Source: Azolla caroliniana
Taxonomy: Eukaryota; Plantae; Polypodiophyta
NCBI GenBank assembly: GCA_043228905.1
Contig: JBHGNT010000008.1
Coordinates: 10,540,001-10,604,000 of the forward strand
Reading direction: 5' to 3'
Length of the DNA stretch: 64,000 nucleotides
Below, piece by piece: positions 37,768-51,500 of the stretch (its first letter is position 1; each line of letters begins with the position of its first letter). A program made the translations under genes and the position numbers. The notes under the pieces are model-generated. The model saw only the letters and a program-made list of their open reading frames with translations, had not been told where the DNA came from and did no database searches.

Positions 37768-38095
37768 TAGCTATGGGCCTGGTTCGGTTCGGTTTCTTTG
37801 CCTTGAAACTGAACCGAACCATTTATAGAGAGTTAATCCAAACTAAATTTGCTTATAAAATCTCAAGCAATTTGAACCAAACCATTTAAGGAAAAGGTAA
37901 ACCAAACCATTTGGGGAAAAGTTGACACCAAGCTGAACCATTTAATAAAAATTTAAACCTAAACATTTGAGTCAAATTAATTAAAAACTTAAATAAACAA
38001 AAATACATTAAATTAAATAAATAAATGACATTAATTAAATTATTAAATTAAGCAAACATTAAATTAAATTAGCATTTAAGTTAAAGTAATTAAAT
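37768..38095 (+). mobile_element. Truncated hAT-type MITE (left end only)
   Basis: TAGCTATGGGCC TIR-like start and AACCGAACC subterminal motifs as in the 38545 element; no right end. Confidence 0.65.
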
Positions 38096-38109
38096 GTAAA
38101 TCTTCCTCA

Positions 38110-41100
38110 CATGCTCTTAGAGATAGGGAAGATGTAGGGAAAAGGCAATCACTATGATGGAATAAAAAATGAACTTTGCGATGCGCCTCGTGAATGCACA
38201 TGTATAGAGAGATGTATAGACAAACAGGGAGATCATGCATAGAACGATGAAATGGAAAGATGTTATAGTAATGGAAAATGGAATATGCTCACAGACATCT
38301 GAATAAACAATGAAAATAATGCTTATGAGCTCGATGTGGGAATGCACAAAGGACATGCAAGCTATGCACATTCAAAGCAAGTGGAGATGTCATTAGATGT
38401 TACAAGGTGTTTGTCAAAATCTAGAGAGGAGTATGCCAATGTTATGTATATACATGATGTAATAATACAAGGAACTCAACAGAATGTTGGAGCAGATTGT
38501 AATAATGCAACTAGTAAAGATGTAGAAATAAATGATATCGAGAGTAGCAATGGGCCCGATTCGGTTTGTTGGCCTTGAAACCAAACCAAACCATTTATTA
38601 ATAATAAAAACCAAACCAAACTATTTTAAAATTTATGAAGCCATTTAAATCGAATCGTTAAACCAAACCGTTTAAAGAATAGGAGAAACCAAACCGTTTA
38701 CGAAAAATTTAAAACCAAACCAAACCAAACCATTTTTTATTGATATCAATCATCATACTTATTATAAATTTGTGTGAGAAAATCATCATAAATTTATTCA
38801 TTATACTCATCATAAAATTTGTCATCATACTATCATAAATTTGGTCATCATACTGATCATAAATTTGATCATTATACTTAACATAAATTTAATAATCATA
38901 CTTATCATAATTGATCATCATAAATTAAAAGGAGACTCTACATATAATATATGTAAAATTTAATAAGTTAAAACAAGAATTTAAAATTAAAAGTTGAAAG
39001 TTAAAGCCTATAAAAGATATTTTTGAGTATTTTTTAACCTATAAACCTTTAAACCGAACCACATAAAGAGAAACCGATAAGCCGGTAATTCAAAACCGAA
39101 CCGAACTTGAATAATAACATTTAGAACCAAACCAAACCGTTTATTTATCTTTGAACCTATAAACCGTTAAGCCACGGTTTTTTGGTTCGATTCGGTTTGA
39201 GCCGAAACTGGGCCCATCGCTAATCGAGAGTAAGTTGCACCCAATGAAAGGGACTCAGGAAGATGTAGTAGATGAGATTAGCATAAACATAGTAGTGTCT
39301 TAATCTCATCTACATAGTAGACTCTGTAAACTTTGTGAATGAAGGAACTCTCAAGGTAAGAAAAAATGTGCTTAGGTTGGAGATGCCAAAAAATACAATA
39401 TGTAGTCCAAGTGAAATTAGGGAAGATGGCAGCAAGAGTGCGACAAATGCTATAGATTTAATCTTCATGCAGGAGGAAATGATCTAGTAAATGCAGAGAT
39501 GGCACGGGTCAAACCTTCCTCTTTTGTATGCAAAATATTAGGAGGCCGCCCAAATAGGGGTATGGTAAGAGAACTTCTACAAGCTGCTCTACAAGACATT
39601 ATGAAATGGGTTTTTTTCACATAGAATTGCAAGTGAATGCAAACATCAAGGAAATGGTGGATGTTAGTTCCCTCGATCTAAAATATGGAAAAGGCATCCT
39701 AATGGAATGGTCGATCTCCTTCAACTTGACTAAGGTGAATGCTAAACTAGGAAATCCGAAACTTATCTCCATAGCCTTCCCTAACATAGAAACTCATTTG
39801 AAGCCTCTAATACCAGCTATTTGTGCCAAATTGGGCACTATGTGTTCCCCCCAAGAAACAATAGTAGAACTTATCCATGAAATGCCTAAAGTAAGGATTC
39901 TAGTAAACAAGATTGAGATCTATCATCTAAGGACAATGGATGGTTCAAGATAGACATTGAATATTATTGGAAACCAGGGCATTGTTAGGTGTGCAAAGAA
40001 ACCAGGCATTTAGCAAAATATTGCATGAAAAGAAAATTACCAAACACTGATAAGTTTGGGGGAATGCACAATGCAAATACAATTGGTAATGTAGGGGGAA
40101 TGCAAAATGCAAACACCAACTAGTCTAAAGTAAATGGCTCATGGAATCACAAGTATTCAAACCCCATGTTAAGAAGAAGGTGGTAGAAAATAGATGGAAT
40201 AGAGAAGGAATTTCTGATGCAACTTTGCAATTTGAGACTAGTAACCGATTCACATCCTTGAAATCCATGATGCTTGAGGAAGAGGAAGTAGATAGAGTAC
40301 CTTCCACCCCATGTGAATTGGTGAATAATGGAAAGAAATTCGATAGTTCCCTTGATGGTAACAATGTAAACAACCTCGGGACAACAAAAGCATGGATGAG
40401 AAACAATATAGATATCAAGGACCTTGAAGAACTACCTTCAATATGTGATAGAGGGCAATGAATCGTTGATTGAATCTACCTTCAATATGTGGACGTACAT
40501 AAAGGAAAGAACAATCAAAGAAGTAGATAACGAAGTTGGAATGGTATGGAGCAAGTGCTCTCAATACTAGAAAGTTAAAGTTGCGTTTGAAATTGTAAAT
40601 AAAGAGTTGATGATATTATTAGTGGAAATGCAAGCAAGATTGTTGGAAATGCAAGAGTGCCTTCACTTCCATGTGGAGAACTCGCTTTTTGGAACCCTAC
40701 AGGAATTACAAGAAGTATGGAACTACGTAGTGTAAAACACCCATTGGCCGATAGATGGAAAACTAAGTCAATTGTTCTGGACCATTTCCCCCATTATTCT
40801 ACAATGAAAGTGATAACATGGAATATTCAAGGAGTGGGAGGTGTAGATTGCCTAAAAGAGGGAGGACAAATCTAGAGGAAATTGAATGCATTAATGGGTG
40901 GCATGAAACCGGATTTTGTGCTTATCCAAGAACATCACCTCAACAAAATGCGATTAACAAGATTTGAGGAAATGCTACGAAATGAATGGTTTGGTTATGG
41001 CTTGGGAGCCTATGGTGAAAATGGAATTAAAGGAAGGGTTTCAATACTAAAATGAAAAAATTAAATGAGAGGTAAAATTGTGCGAGAAAGAGTGGTCAAT

Positions 41101-41805
41101 GTTGTAATACAGATAGGTGAAATATGTGTGGGTTATTGAATATCTATGCTCCAAATAGGCACGCTGACAGAAAAGATCTCTAGATTGCTTTGATGCATAG
41201 TATACCATAGGCTGAGGATTGGCTAGTGACATGAGATTTCAATATGCTAGAATCACAGTTGGGCACATTTGGGAATTCAAATGCATCGGTAATCAAAGGG
41301 CAAGAGCCACACGCTTGGTGCGACCTCACATGGAAAATGCAAATAGCAGATATGTGGTAGTCGAGTTGATCTTGTGGAAGTACTAACTCTTTAAAGTACC
41401 CAAGAGACGGTAGAGGCACGTTGGAACATTCCCACGCAAGACTGGATAGAATATATGCAAACCCAAACCTAAAAATGCGTGGAGGGAATTTAGGAATTAT
41501 CTTGGGCTTAGTTTTCTCAAATCACAAACTTGTCCAAATTGTCTTCTCCTTTTGCATCATGTATCTAAATGAGGTAGTTTAAGAATTGCCAATAAAAACT
41601 TGAAAAATGAGGCTATTGAGAAGTTAATTATTAACATCTGATTAGAAAAAAGGAGGCAATCGGCCACCATGCAGCCATCCAACAAAATAGGCGACTTGTC
41701 GATTGCAATAAAAGAAGCTTGTCAAAGAGAACTATCTGCCTTGAAAATAAAAGAGAATAGGTTGCGGAGAAGCATTGCTGAAGCGCACAAACTACAAACA
41801 GGTAA
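38110..41805 (+). mobile_element. Decayed L1-type LINE (ORF1 plus endonuclease part of ORF2), 3' truncated
   Basis: Zinc-knuckle remnant C*VCKETRHLAKYC at ~39983; APE motifs MKVITWNIQG (40804), LIQEHH, IYAPN, DFN, RLDRIY; start uncertain. Confidence 0.8.
38545..39222. mobile_element. Non-autonomous hAT element (MITE)
   Basis: TIRs TAGCAATGGGCCC / GGGCCCATCGCTA; 8-bp TSD ATCGAGAG (38537-44 / 39223-30); many AAACCG/AAACCA subterminal repeats. Confidence 0.92.
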
Positions 41806-42367
41806 TATGTCGTGTTCTCTTTTTTACGTCTTGGGGAGATGTTAAAAATGACTTATTTCAGCACAATTTCTCAATGGTATGACGCATGCATACATGATTT
41901 CTTAAAACATACCAAAAATTTCAACTAATTATTTTCATGACAAGAAAATCAATAGTGTCATATTCCATCTATCATGTTTTTTATCCAATTTTGAGATAAG
42001 GAATGGAATTCCATGCAAGCTTAATTATATTAACCCTGATTTTGCAAAATATGAAAATACTACCCCATTCTTCAAAGGCTCTTAATAGTTACATGTGGAA
42101 CGGGTTACATGGAAAGTGTTGAGAATCAAGCTCAACCTAGTCTAGTGTGTGAACACACCTTTTGAGAATCTATGAGCACTCAAAGGTCAAATGTCACCAC
42201 TACATTCTACACATTAACTGTGTCATAGAATCATATTTTATGACACATAACTAATGAGTTTCCACATTCCCCAAGGTTCTAGAGAGAGAGTGGGCGTTTT
42301 AGTGAGAGCTTATAGAGAGAGGGTGACCTTAAATAAAGCACCCTCCTACTTTGTAATGTGTCGGTAA

Positions 42368-45300
42368 TGTTGGCATAACGAGCCGACTCCTTCCACTTTG
42401 TATCCTAGTGTGAACACATCCAAATAGTTAGGGCTTAAGATATAATCTATGACATAACGTTGTAAATATAATGTGACTTGATCATTCTTTGAGAGTGAAA
42501 GAGCAGAAATAGAGAAAGCTTCCATTTGAGCTCGAATTGTGTCTACGGTTCAATCATATCCTTGGTCACATTCTCTGTGTTGTTTGATGTGCACATTCAC
42601 CAATAGCTTCTCACTTGCTTTCGTGCATTATTTCCCACAAGTGGTATCAGAGCGACTTGTTGTTCGGCGACAACAAAAGAAGTAGAGAAAGCTGCAAAAG
42701 AAGGCAAGGTCAACAAAAATCTCACTTTCAAAAAAGAATATGGCCTCAACATCCGGAACAGGAGTTGAAATCTGAAAGTTTGATGGGAAAATTTTTGCCT
42801 TGTGGAAGGAGATGATGCAAGATGTGTTGATCATTAGGAAACAAGTTGAAGATATTCGACATAGCGAAAAATCTGCCACGATGTCAGCCAAAGAGTGGAG
42901 ATCACTAGAAGAAATCGTGCGCTCCACCATCCGAATGCATTTGGACAAGAATGTCTATTTGAGCATGGCGAAGGAGACAACTACTTTCTCGTTACGGAAG
43001 AAGTTGCAAGCAGTGTACGAAAAGAAGTCATCCTCGTCGAAACTCATATTGATTTGACAACTGTTCAATATGAAGATGAGAGAGTCAAATCTTGCAACTT
43101 TCGATAGCCGTCCGATCCAAAATCTAGATGAGACGATCGGCCAATTCCTTACCGAGGACATTTGACAAAAATCGATGGGACTCACCATCAACGAATCGGC
43201 CGAAGCCCACCACTCGACTGAGATGATCGACCAACTGATTCAATTGAGAGAACAAGCTGACAAAACTGGTCGAAATCATAGTCAATCGAAAACGAGGGGA
43301 GATTGAAAACGATTGAAGTCGAGAACGAGTCGATCAGGCGAATTCTTCACCCGTTGTAGAAAAGCCGGTCACAATGTTTTCGACTGTTGGTCGATCAAGA
43401 GGAAAGACAGTGGTCGGAGATCCGAACGGAATCGAGGACGATCTAACTCAAATCACTCTCCAGTCGGCAACCACCTCAATGTTGTTGACACCCGATTGGG
43501 AGAAATCCTCTCCTAAGAGGACTCGATGATCGAAGAAGTCCTCTACAGTGCGCAAGACACGCACACGTGGTTGCTGGATTCCAACGCCACATTCCACGTG
43601 ACCCCGAACATCGAATGGTTTTCAAACTATTCAGCCGAAGCCAGCGGCACAATCCGACTCTGAACGGGCAGGAATGCATAATCATAGGGATCGGAGACGT
43701 CCCCATCCCATTGCCAAATGACAACATGATTACCTTGCACCAAGTTCGGCAAGTACCCGATCTGAAAGGAGTTTGGTCTCCATCAGCATGTTAGTTAAAG
43801 AAGAGTACCGAACGACTCTAAATGAGTCGGCATGGATGATCAGTCGAGGAAATCTGAGAATCAGAAGCAGGCACAATTACAACTTGTACCCAATGATGGT
43901 GATCAATCTAGAAGGGGTTGTGAATGTAGCCGAAAAGACCGACCCAAACTTATGGCATGGCCGACTCCGCCATATGTCTCAAGCCGGACTCGATCGACTA
44001 ATGGCAGTTGGTTACATCCCGAAACTTCAAGCAAAGACAGACTTCTGCGAGCATTATCGATATGGGAAACAGACCCGCAGTCCGCACTCTCTTCATTATG
44101 AAAGGGCATGTCAGCCCCTAGAGCTTGTGCACACAGAATATGTGGGCCGATGCCCAAAATATCTCTAGGTGGCTCCCGATACTTCATCATGTTCGTCGAT
44201 GATTGTACACAGAAGGTCTAGGCCTATTCGATTAGGTCGAAAGACGAAGCACTCGAGATCTTCGCTCGATGGTTAATTGAAACGGAAAACCGTTCTGGAC
44301 ACATAGTGAAGACACTCTGTTCCGACAATAGAGGCGAATATACCTCTTGAGCCTTCAAACAATACCTATTCGACAAAGGGATATGGAATCAAAAGACCGT
44401 TCCTTACACACCCATGCAAAATGGAGTGGTAGAACGGATCAACAGAACGATCCAAGAGAGGATGACGACAATGCTCCAACGAGCCGGAATAAACCTGGAC
44501 TTCTGGGCCGAATCATTGCAGATGATAGTTTACCTGATAAATCTATCGCTGTTGAAAGCAATCAGGCTCGAAGTTCCATAGGAACTATGGTTAGGCAAAC
44601 AACCAACCTACGAAAGGCTTCGAATTTTCGGTTGCGAAGCTTACACATTCATTCCCTGGGAGAAGAGGACCAAGTTGGCACCCCATGCAACAAAATCCAT
44701 ATTTCTCGATTATGGAACCGATAATGGGGATTTCGGCTATCACCTATGGGACCCGGAGAATCGGAAATTGATCTAAAGCAGTGACGTTATCTTCAATAAA
44801 GACTCTATCCTATCTGAGCTGAACCAACAAAATATAGTGGGCAAAAAGGTCTCGTTTGAAATCGATAGAGAAGTCATAGAAAGACCGACTAACCGGGCTG
44901 AATCAGAGATTTGACAAACAATCAAACTCGACCAAGCCGACAATACACATGCCGACTCTGAATCGGTAGGAGGTTCACTAGTTGAACTCAAAGACAAAAC
45001 TGAATCGACAAGAGTCGAAAAAGGCAATGTCGACAAGATGTGAGTCGGAAACAGAGTCGACTTGGCTGAGCCAACCAAGGCCAAAGTGGAAAACAGATCT
45101 GAGTCGGCTAAGTCTCTCCATCCTGAAGAAGGGGAGAATGCAGTGAAATCACCGAAATACTATCATAGGGGCGAGTCATCGGAAATGACTCCTGACATAA
45201 GTGGTTCAACAAATGTTGGTTGGCCGATACTGATGATCGAAGGATCCGAACTGATCATTAAGATAGTCAGGAGATTTGGACGAAATTGAAGGCTGACAAA

Positions 45301-47639
45301 GTTGTATCAACCGGGCCTTGATTAAGTCAACTACATGGATGTAGGTGAACCAAGCACATACGGAGAAGCTATAGCTGCAACCGATGCCGAAACATGGCTG
45401 CAAGCCATGAGATCCGAGATGGACTAGATCAAAGAGAACAATAGATGGGAGTTGGTCGAACTACCAGCACGAAGAAAGCCGCTACCTTGCAAATGGGTAT
45501 TCTGATACAAATATGTATCAGACTCAGAGAAGCCCAAGTACAAATCTCAGCTCGTTGCGAAGGGATTCAAACAGGAACATGGGGACGACTACGACGAGAT
45601 ATTCTCTCCAGTAGTCAAGATGACCACCCTTTGGCTCCTACTCGGGGTCATGGCGATAGAGGACCTAGAGCTTGAGCAACTCAACGTAAAGACGACATTC
45701 CTACCCGGAGACTTGGAAGAGGACATTTACATTTACCGGAAATGGGGGAGGAAAGTAATCTCATATGTTGATTGAAGAAAAGCCTTTACGGCTTAAACAA
45801 GCGCCGAGGATGTGGTACTAGAAGTTCGACTCACATCCAACAACTCGGCTACAACCAGTTTGAATCTGACCCATGTTTATACACTCAGCAATTGACCGAC
45901 AAGTCCCAGATTTATCTAATACTATATGTCGAAGACATGTTGATTGTAGGGAACAATCAAGCCGAAATTGGAAAGCTAAAGCGGAGCCTTCACGACAAGT
46001 TCACGATGAAGGAACTCGGACAAGCCCTACACATAGTGGGCATGGGAAGACGAAGACTCTCTAACTCTCCTAGTTTGACTACATCTGAAAGGTGGTGATG
46101 CACTTCAATATGGAGAACGTGAAGCCAACACCAACTCCGCTTCCAACGTCGATATGACTATTGGACAGAGACTCTCCTTTGACTGATAAGGAGAGAAAGC
46201 TTAGTGGAAAGATACCCTACGCATCAGTAGTAGAAAGTATCATTTATGCGATGGTGATCTTTCATATGCCGTGGGGGTCATTAGCTGGTACATGTCGAAT
46301 CCAGGACGGAAGCATTGGGAGGCCTTCAAACACATTTTCAAGTACCTAAAAGGAACCGACGATGCACAATTGACTTTTGGATCGACAAACTCGACTGAAA
46401 TCAAAGGCTACACTGACTCCAATTACGCCGGGAATTTAGATAATCGGAAGTCGACATCAGGCTACATTTTCACCTATGGTGGTGACGTTGTATCGTAGAG
46501 GTCAAAGCTCCTAGAGTGCGTGACCCTTTTTACCATAGAGGCCGAGTACATAGCAACGTCGGAGGCAGCGAAGGAAGCGATTTGGCTGCATTGACTAACT
46601 ACCAACTTTTCGGCTACAAGCCGAATTGATCGACAAGTGCTAACAATCTATTGTGACTCATAGACTGCAATACACCTTATTAACAACCCTATCTATCACG
46701 CGAAGACAAAGCATATTGAAGTGCGGTATCATCACATTCGGGAGCTGATAACCGAAAAGAAGTTCGAAGTCCGGAAGATCAACACCGAGGTGAACATCGC
46801 CGATTGCCTGATGAAGCCACTGCCATATCAACGCTTTGGAACATTGAGGACAAAGATGGGACTACGACAAGCGACCGAGGAAAAAAAAGCCGAACGAGGA
46901 CCAGAAGGGAAGTTGAAAAACCAACCCGAATAGACTCAAGAAAAGAACGAAATCGACACGTTCGGAAACACAAGAGGCGGAAGAAGACGTATTGAGCACG
47001 GATAATGATGGGAAAGGAGACAATCGAGAGGTGAACTAACTCGGATATAGATCAAGGATCCAGCGATGAGCACATGAGTAGAAACGAGCTAGCTACGAAA
47101 AATCGACACAAGGCCGAAATTGAGAATCGCACATAAGCCGATTTTAACAATCAGACAGATTCGAATGAAGGACGATTTGAACACGTTCATTCAACCAACT
47201 CAAACCAGCCAAACCTTGAGGTTAGTCGAATCAGGCTACACATCGACTTCACCTTCGCCAACTCGACTTTATGCGGATTGACGTGTAATATAAATTTAGA
47301 TTAATTTTGTGATCTAGGTTTACGAGGGAGTAGACCCGTTATGGGGGAGTTTGTTGGCATAACGAGCCAACTCCTTCCACTTTGTATCCTAGTGTGAACA
47401 CGCCCAAAGAGTTAGGGCTTAATATATAAGCTACGACCTAACATTGTTAATATAGCTTGACTTGATCATTCTTGGATACATTGAGTCTCTGAGAGTGAAA
47501 GAGTGGAAATAGGGAAAGCTTCCATTTGAGCTTGAACTATGTGTATGGTTCAATCATATCCTTTGTCACATTCTCTATGTTGTTTGCTGTGCACATTCAC
47601 CGACAGGTTCTCACTTGCTTTCACGCATTATTTCCCACA
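42368..47639 (+). mobile_element. Ty1/copia element H (Tork/Tnt1-like), decayed, inserted in the 5' LTR of G
   Basis: LTRs 42368-42639 and 47352-47639; PBS TGGTATCAGAGC 42642; PPT ATGGGGGAG; gag FDGKNFALWKEMMQD, INT, RT and RH remnants; TSD degenerate. Confidence 0.9.
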
Positions 47640-47760
47640 TGTTAATCTGCTTTGTAATTCTCATATCATTGTAATTATTCTCCACTTCTTGGTAATATAT
47701 ACATCCATCTTGAGAACTTCAATTTCCTATCTATACCTATCTTGTGTCTCTCTTCTATCC

Positions 47761-47800
<40 letters not shown>

Positions 47801-48504
47801 CCTTAATCTATTCCATTGCATAGAATCACACTTAATTCCTTACATGGTATCAGAATGATTTGGTAGCTTGATCTAGCCCATCCTCGTGTGTTGTGTCTAC
47901 GTCGATGACTCAAAGAAATCCAGCTCATTGCTATCGTAGTGTTGCTACATAGCTCATGTCCAAGAGAGAAGAAGAAGGAAGAAATCTACATCGATCACCA
48001 TGACTACTCAAATGGGTAGCTCTCTTCCCACCCAGAAGTTGGACCGAAACAACTTTGCATCTTGGGAGTACAAGATTCAGCAATACATTATCAGTCAAGT
48101 TTATTGGAGCTACATCAATGGATCACAAGAAAATAAACCCGACCCAAAGGACGTCGACTAAAAATGGGAGCAAGCGGCAAGCTGAGTAATGTATTGCTTG
48201 GCAACACATGTCCATGACCACATGCTTGGCTACATTCAAGAAGCCAAGACGCCGAAAGAATCTTGGGAGAATCTCAAGAAGATATTTTCCGCCAATACGA
48301 CGACATGAAAGCTTCAACTTGGCCAAGAATTGAACAATATCCAACAAAGGGATATATGTCCATCACAAGCTACATCTTGAAGATGAAGGACCATTGTGAC
48401 TCACTCGGCTCAATAAGAGTCAATGTGGAGGATGATGAGATGGTGCAAATATGCCTAGGTGGGCTCACACCACGGTTCGACGTCATGAGAACCGTCACTC
48501 TAGC

Positions 48505-51500
48505 TATCAGGGCCAAAGTTAGGAACGAGTTTTAAAATGAAGAAGAGAATGAGAAGCGAAAGATATGAGAGAGATAAGAAGAATTTGATAATGTATTAAC
48601 AACGAGAGCAATGTTTACAAGAATATGCCGAAGACTGGCGTTGAACCAGAATGGTTCATCAATAATCAAATACATGTTTATATAGCATGGTTTGGATACA
48701 TGCATGCTCGCCACCTCATAGGCACGCATGATCGCCACTTGGCATTCATGCAAGCATGCCCCTTGGCAATCATGCGTTATCCTATGCAAGGTGGCGACAT
48801 TTCAATAATATTATTATATGATGTATCCTAATGGGTGGGGTTGTATGATTCCTTTGAGGAGGTCATGGTTCGAATCACCGTAAAGCTTATTGGGTTTTGT
48901 ATACACATGACACCATCCCCCTCCTTTGACGAAGAGTTCCACGAGTCGTAATGCATGAATTCGAACTTGGCTTATCTGGATATTGGCGATGAAATTCAGC
49001 CACCAAGTCAGAGGCATTATCAAGGTTCTCAGTTGGTTCCTATGTACGATCATTTGGTGTATATCATAACCAATCCACGAGATAATAAAGCTTTTTACGT
49101 ATTATCGTGGAGTCCAAAATAGCTTTGACTTCAAATTCTGGGCCATCAACAAGTTGAACTGGAGGTGGGGGTAGAACAACCCGATTTGGAATGGAACTAC
49201 CAATGTAGGGTTCCAACAATGAGACATGAAACGCCGGATGTAGATGCATCTGTGGAGGTAGATCAAGGCGGAATGCAACATTATTAATCTGATTGGAGAT
49301 AATAAATGGACCAAGTTGTTGATAACCCAACTTGTCACAAGGTCTAGTAGTCTTCACATTACGTCGTAGTAACCATACACAATCCCCAATTCGAAACTTT
49401 GGTTCCTTTGGTGAAGAGTCGAGACAGTGACGATCTGCAGCTTTTTTGTGTGTGGCTTGAGCAGTTTGCAAATGTTGAGAAAGTGCAACATGCACGTCTT
49501 GGAGTTGACGCAGACGATCTTCAATAGCAGGATTTTTCGAGAGTTTTGGATGTGCCATCATTGTCCAACGAGGATGATATCCTATATTTGTAGAAAATGG
49601 AGTATACCCTGTTGAGGAATGAACTGAATTATTGTATGCAAACTCTGAAAAGTGCAAAAAATCCACCCAATCATCCTGTTGGTAATTGATGAAACACCGA
49701 ATATATTGCTCTAATGTTTGATTCGTCCGCTCGGTTTGACCGTCATTTTGTGGATGATAGTTTGACGAAAGTTTACAAGAGATTTTGAGCATCTCAAGCA
49801 AGTGTTTCCAAAATTTTGAGATGAATTGTGGGCAACGATCACTAATGATGTCATTTGGAAGACCGTGAAGCCGAAATACTTCTTTCATAATGATGTCTAC
49901 AGTTTCTTTATTGTTGATGGTTTTCGTGCATGGAAGAAAATGTGCCATCTTTGTGAATCGATTTACTATAGTGAGAATAGCATCGAAACTCTTCGAAATT
50001 GGAAGATCTGTAATAAAATCCATCGAGATGGATTTCCATGGACCAATTGGAACTGGCAATGGTTGTAATAACCCATATGGTCGATGTCGTGGAATCTTTT
50101 ACCTACAACACACGTCACAACTACAAACATAATCTTCAACAAAATCTCGAAGGTGAGGCCACCAATAGTTTCGAGAAACTAGCTCCAAAGTTTTGTGGAT
50201 TCCAAAGTGCTCGGCCATTGGGTTGTCGCGACAATATTGCATTACTTGAAGTTGAGACGAACCATTTGGGACATACAAAAGAGTGTTGCGAAAATGTAAA
50301 CCATTATCCCATTTAAACTGGTTATAATCTTTATGAGGATTCTTGGAGCTTGAAGAAGAAGCACGATCTGAAATTATATGATTCAATATATCTTGAGCAA
50401 ATTCATCAGAAATGGTATCTATTCGTATTGAATCAAGAAGGCTTGAATCTTCAAATGCTTGAGAGGCATTAATAGTTAATAGTCGTAACCGATTAGGCCC
50501 CAACATGATTTGTTTTTGATGATCAAATGTGGGCTCTCCTGGTTGTGGAGCCAAAGAAGATCGCCATGAGAGAGCATCTATCTACCTTTCCTTGTTGTAC
50601 TCCTGGGCGATATGTGATGACGAAGTCAAAACGTGTTAGAAACTGTGCCCAACAAGCTTGGTGGCGACTCAAGACTCTAGCACTTTGAAAGTATGTGAGG
50701 TTTTTATGATCATTGTAAATAATAATTTGGTGGGGAGAACCTTCTAAGAAATGTCTCCATTGTTCAAACGAGTCTATAATGGATAGAAGCTCTTTGTCAT
50801 GAATCTCGTAATTGATCTCTGCGGTTTCGAATTTGCGTGAATGGAAAGCAATTGGATGTAGCTTCCCATCATCTCCTATCTGTGACAAGATACTTCCTAG
50901 TGCAAAATCAAACGCATCCGCCTCGATGATAAATGGTTTTTCTAGGTCAGCATGAAGTAGAATTGGAGCAGACGTGAATGCTCTCTTTAGGCTTTCAAAA
51001 GCTTTGGTTGCACTAGAACTCCATGTGAATGACTTGTTCTTTCGTGTAAGCTCTGTGAGAGGCATCACAATGTTTGAATAATTCTTGATAAATTTGCAGT
51101 AAAAATTCACAAATCCTAAGAAACATTGAACATCACGCACTGAACAAAGTGGTTGCTAGTTTAGAACTGTCTGAACCTTAGATGGATCCATATATATACC
51201 TTGTTGTGAAACCACATACCCCAAAAACTCCATGTGGTTTTGATCAAAGCTACATTTCTCAAGTTTGGCATAGAGCCCATATTCTCGTAAGTGTTGGAAG
51301 ACTTGGCAGATATGTATGTCCTGCTCTTCTTGAGTTTTCGAGTAGATCAAGATGTCATCAAGATATAATATGGTGAATGAATCCAAAAAATCGCGGAAAA
51401 TATCATTCACCATGTGTTGAAAAACCGTAGGCGCATTCGTGAGACCAAAAGGCATAACCGTGTACTCGAAATGTCCGTATCGAGTACGGAATGTTGTCTT

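Noticed and set aside
41808-41815. TGTCGT as the start of another A/B-clan LTR
   Set aside because: Not preceded by an NCGN target and no matching CGACA end or clan U5 motif was found
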